NCBI GenBank assembly: GCA_036479435.1
Contig: JAZGFI010000286.1
Location: forward strand, 1 to 17,743
From: Planctomycetota bacterium
Lineage (GTDB): Bacteria > Planctomycetota > GCA-002687715 > DRQF01
Length of the DNA stretch: 17,743 nucleotides
Direction of reading: 5' to 3'
This document shows, piece after piece, positions 15,738 to 17,743 of the stretch (positions are counted from its first letter, which is position 1; each line of letters begins with the position of its first letter). The position numbers and the translations under genes are program-made. The notes below the pieces were generated by a model, which was given only the letters and a program-made list of their open reading frames with translations, made no database searches and had not been told where the DNA came from.

Positions 15738-16499
15738 ATGATGACACCAAGCCTTCGGGTTGCCGTTGCTTCGTCCAAAGGCGGAACAGGCAAAAGCACA
15801 GTTACGAGCGCCGTTGGCTCAATCCTCGCCAGGTCCGGGTTGTCCGTTCTTGTCGTTGACCTCGATCCGCAAGGTGATGCGACCTTTGCTCTCGGAGGCG
15901 ATCCGGCCCGAGACGGCGCGGCTGAGTTCCTTTTGGGCGAAGGCCCTGCGCCGGAAGTCGTCGCCGAAAACCTTGCGGTCCTGGCCGGTGGGCCTCGCCT
16001 TGAGTCGATCGACGTTGAGCGACTCGACCCGGAGGCGCTTTTAGATGGCCTGGCCGGGTTCGACTTCGATGCGGTTGTGGTCGATTCGCCGCCCGGAGCG
16101 CCCTACCTTCGCCGCTTTGCTCTCGTTGCCGCATCCGTGGCGCTCATTCCATGCTCAGCGCACCCGTTCTCAGTTCGCGCCGCTGGCGAAATCCTCGACG
16201 AGATCGAGGGCCGCAGGGAAAGAGGCCGCCCGGTGGCCGAACGCGCCGCCCTTGTTGCGAACGCGATCGACCGCCGCCGAAGCCTCGACGCGACCTTCGC
16301 CGATGAGATGGCCGGGCTCTACGGCGACCGGGCTGAAGTATTGGAGGTTCGGCAAGACGCAGCCTTGGCCCTCGCCACGGCCTCGCGCGAACCGATCGCC
16401 TATTCTGAGTCGCTTCGAGGCAATACCCGCGGCCTGGCTGACCTCGAAGCCCTCGTTCGGTGGGTTCAAGGCGAAGCCGAACGCGAGGAGGGCGCTTAG
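15738..16499 (+). CDS. parA: ParA/Soj-family partition ATPase
   Basis: Deviant Walker A SSKGGTGKST, VDLDPQG, VVVDSPPG; no N-terminal HTH. Confidence 0.95.
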   Translation: MMTPSLRVAVASSKGGTGKSTVTSAVGSILARSGLSVLVVDLDPQGDATFALGGDPARDGAAEFLLGEGPAPEVVAENLAVLAGGPRLESIDVERLDPEALLDGLAGFDFDAVVVDSPPGAPYLRRFALVAASVALIPCSAHPFSVRAAGEILDEIEGRRERGRPVAERAALVANAIDRRRSLDATFADEMAGLYGDRAEVLEVRQDAALALATASREPIAYSESLRGNTRGLADLEALVRWVQGEAEREEGA

Positions 16500-17360
16500 A
16501 TGGCTCGCAAAGCAAAGCGACCGGATTACGCGGCGGCAGCAGCAGCCGGGGCCTCGAACACGGCCCGCAGGCGCGACCTCGAATCGGTAGCCGCGGCTAA
16601 GGTTGTTGCAGCGACGATGAAACTCGACCAGGTGGAAGCTCGCGCACACGGAAACGCTCGCGCTCTCGATCCAAATCACGTTTACGAGTTAGCGGTAAGT
16701 ATTGCGGCGACCGGGCTCATTCAGCCAATTGCAGTTGACCGCGTTGGGCGGCTTGTGGCAGGCGGCCATAGACTCGCTGCCGTCTTATTGCTCTCGAAGA
16801 CACCAGCCGAACGCGAAGCCTTCGCCGCCGCACTCGAAGAAGAAGCAGGGAAGATTGGGGATGGCGACCTATGGGCCGCAGCCTATGAGGCGAAGCGCGG
16901 GGCCAACGCGATCGCCGTTTTTCGAATCGACTTCAACTCGAAGACGGACGCGGACAGAGCCTTGGCGATCGAGGTGGCCGAGAACGAGAAGCGGCGCGAC
17001 TTCACGGCAGCGGAGGTTAAGAAACTCGCTGACCGACTTCGTGGGTTCGGGTATCGCGACAAGGGTGGACGGCCAAAGAGGGGAGAGCGGGCGCTTACGC
17101 CAGCCTTGGCGGCGATCGTTGGGAAGTCCCGGCGAACCGTTATTCGATATCTTGCGCCGGACTCTAAAACGGTGACAAGTGTCACAGTTTCCGAGGCGGC
17201 CAAGATCGACCCCGACAAGGCGCTAAGGCGGGCTCGGGCCGCCGCGGATGCGCTTGTCGAGGCGCTAAAAGGCGCGCGAGGGGCTCGAAAAGAGGCCAAG
17301 GAGGCGGCCTTGGATCTTTCGTCGGCAATCAATCGGGCTTTGGGTGAAGATGAGGAATAG
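16500..17360 (+). CDS. parB: ParB/Spo0J-family CTPase partition protein
   Basis: Box I GLIQPIAV, box II AGGHRLAA (GxxRxxA), ENEKRRDF, HTH LAAIVGKSRRTVIRYL; abuts parA. Confidence 0.92.
   Translation: MARKAKRPDYAAAAAAGASNTARRRDLESVAAAKVVAATMKLDQVEARAHGNARALDPNHVYELAVSIAATGLIQPIAVDRVGRLVAGGHRLAAVLLLSKTPAEREAFAAALEEEAGKIGDGDLWAAAYEAKRGANAIAVFRIDFNSKTDADRALAIEVAENEKRRDFTAAEVKKLADRLRGFGYRDKGGRPKRGERALTPALAAIVGKSRRTVIRYLAPDSKTVTSVTVSEAAKIDPDKALRRARAAADALVEALKGARGARKEAKEAALDLSSAINRALGEDEE
17167..17190. promoter_or_regulatory. Candidate parS palindrome within parB
   Basis: AAACGGTGACAAGTGTCACAGTTT (core GTGACA-AG-TGTCAC) just after the HTH-coding region. Confidence 0.5.
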
Positions 17361-17379
17361 GGCGCAAACCGCTCAAAGT

Positions 17380-17408
17380 TTGAACTTTTCGCCGGATTGT
17401 CCGATAGT
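17380..17408 (+). promoter_or_regulatory. sigma70-like promoter downstream of parB
   Basis: TTGAAC, 17 nt, GATAGT (same -10 as the 8329 promoter); the -35 is overlapped by palindrome AAAGTT-TG-AACTTT (17375-17388). Confidence 0.55.
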
Positions 17409-17414
17409 GGAATA

Positions 17415-17661
17415 GAAGTGACACCGGCTCGCAGCCCTCACTTCCGCTCAAGCTCAAGCCTGGCAGGGTGCCACGGTTGAGGTGGGAACCAAGATCGCCA
17501 TCAGGGACGGCTATCCCGGCGAGAGCTTCGGTCCCCCCGCTTCCCGCCCTGGCGAGCGAGACAAGGCGTGTCACCACGCGGCAGAGAGGACCAGTCGAAC
17601 CGGTGTCGAAAACAGTTTAAGCCCCTCGCGGACGATTGCTCGCCGCGAGGGGCTTTTTTTT
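17415..17661 (+). ncRNA. Candidate structured non-coding RNA of unknown family (~245 nt)
   Basis: Bounded by a promoter and a strong terminator, with no credible ORF; long closing stem 17420-17447/17578-17607 enclosing several hairpins. Confidence 0.55.
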
Positions 17662-17743
17662 GTCGATCAAATCACGTTCGCTGGACTTCACCATGCGGAT
17701 CAAATCCATCGCAGGATAATGACTGAAACGAGGTGCGGATTAA
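17617..17743 (+). repeat. Terminal direct repeat, copy 2 (probable assembly circularisation overlap)
   Basis: Identical to 1-127. Confidence 0.95.

Larger units (their letters stand above)
1..17616. mobile_element. Complete circular extrachromosomal element (small plasmid / satellite-like element), about 17,616 bp
   Basis: Exact 127-nt terminal redundancy. Carries replication (Rep, DnaB, primase, SF2 helicase), partition (ParAB) and tyrosine recombinase genes, and no chromosomal housekeeping genes. Confidence 0.85.

Noticed and set aside
17415..17610. RNase P, tmRNA, SRP or tRNA identity for the candidate RNA
   Set aside because: CAGGGTGCCA resembles a short RNase P segment, but GAGGAAAGTCC and the 3' conserved block are absent; there is no tRNA-like acceptor/T-arm ending in CCA and no SRP domain IV.

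Overview
The window appears to be a complete circular element of about 17,616 bp: bases 1-127 are identical to 17617-17743, the typical k=127 assembler overlap. Its GC-rich backbone has a translationally coupled phage-style replication operon (HTH replication-initiator-like protein, DnaB-like helicase, TOPRIM primase, SF2 DExH helicase). It also carries a short terminase-small-subunit-like HTH gene, a parA-parB pair, a Cre/XerC-family tyrosine recombinase with a lox-like palindrome over its own promoter, an excisionase-like HTH gene and an RHH regulator. No capsid, portal, large terminase, tail, lysis, relaxase or conjugation genes are recognisable, so it reads as a small plasmid or phage-satellite hybrid. 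Two blocks that look lower in GC by eye carry cargo: an ECF-sigma-like gene with hypothetical partners, and a secreted C39-like cysteine peptidase candidate with a membrane-anchored partner. The least explained signals are (i) a highly foldable, apparently non-coding ~245-nt unit downstream of parB with its own promoter and terminator, (ii) three 20-bp palindromes with compensatory changes in tandem repeats at 5592-5796, and (iii) a family of dispersed repeats, two of which bracket the peptidase cargo. All protein calls are from motif reading by eye; no database searches were run.
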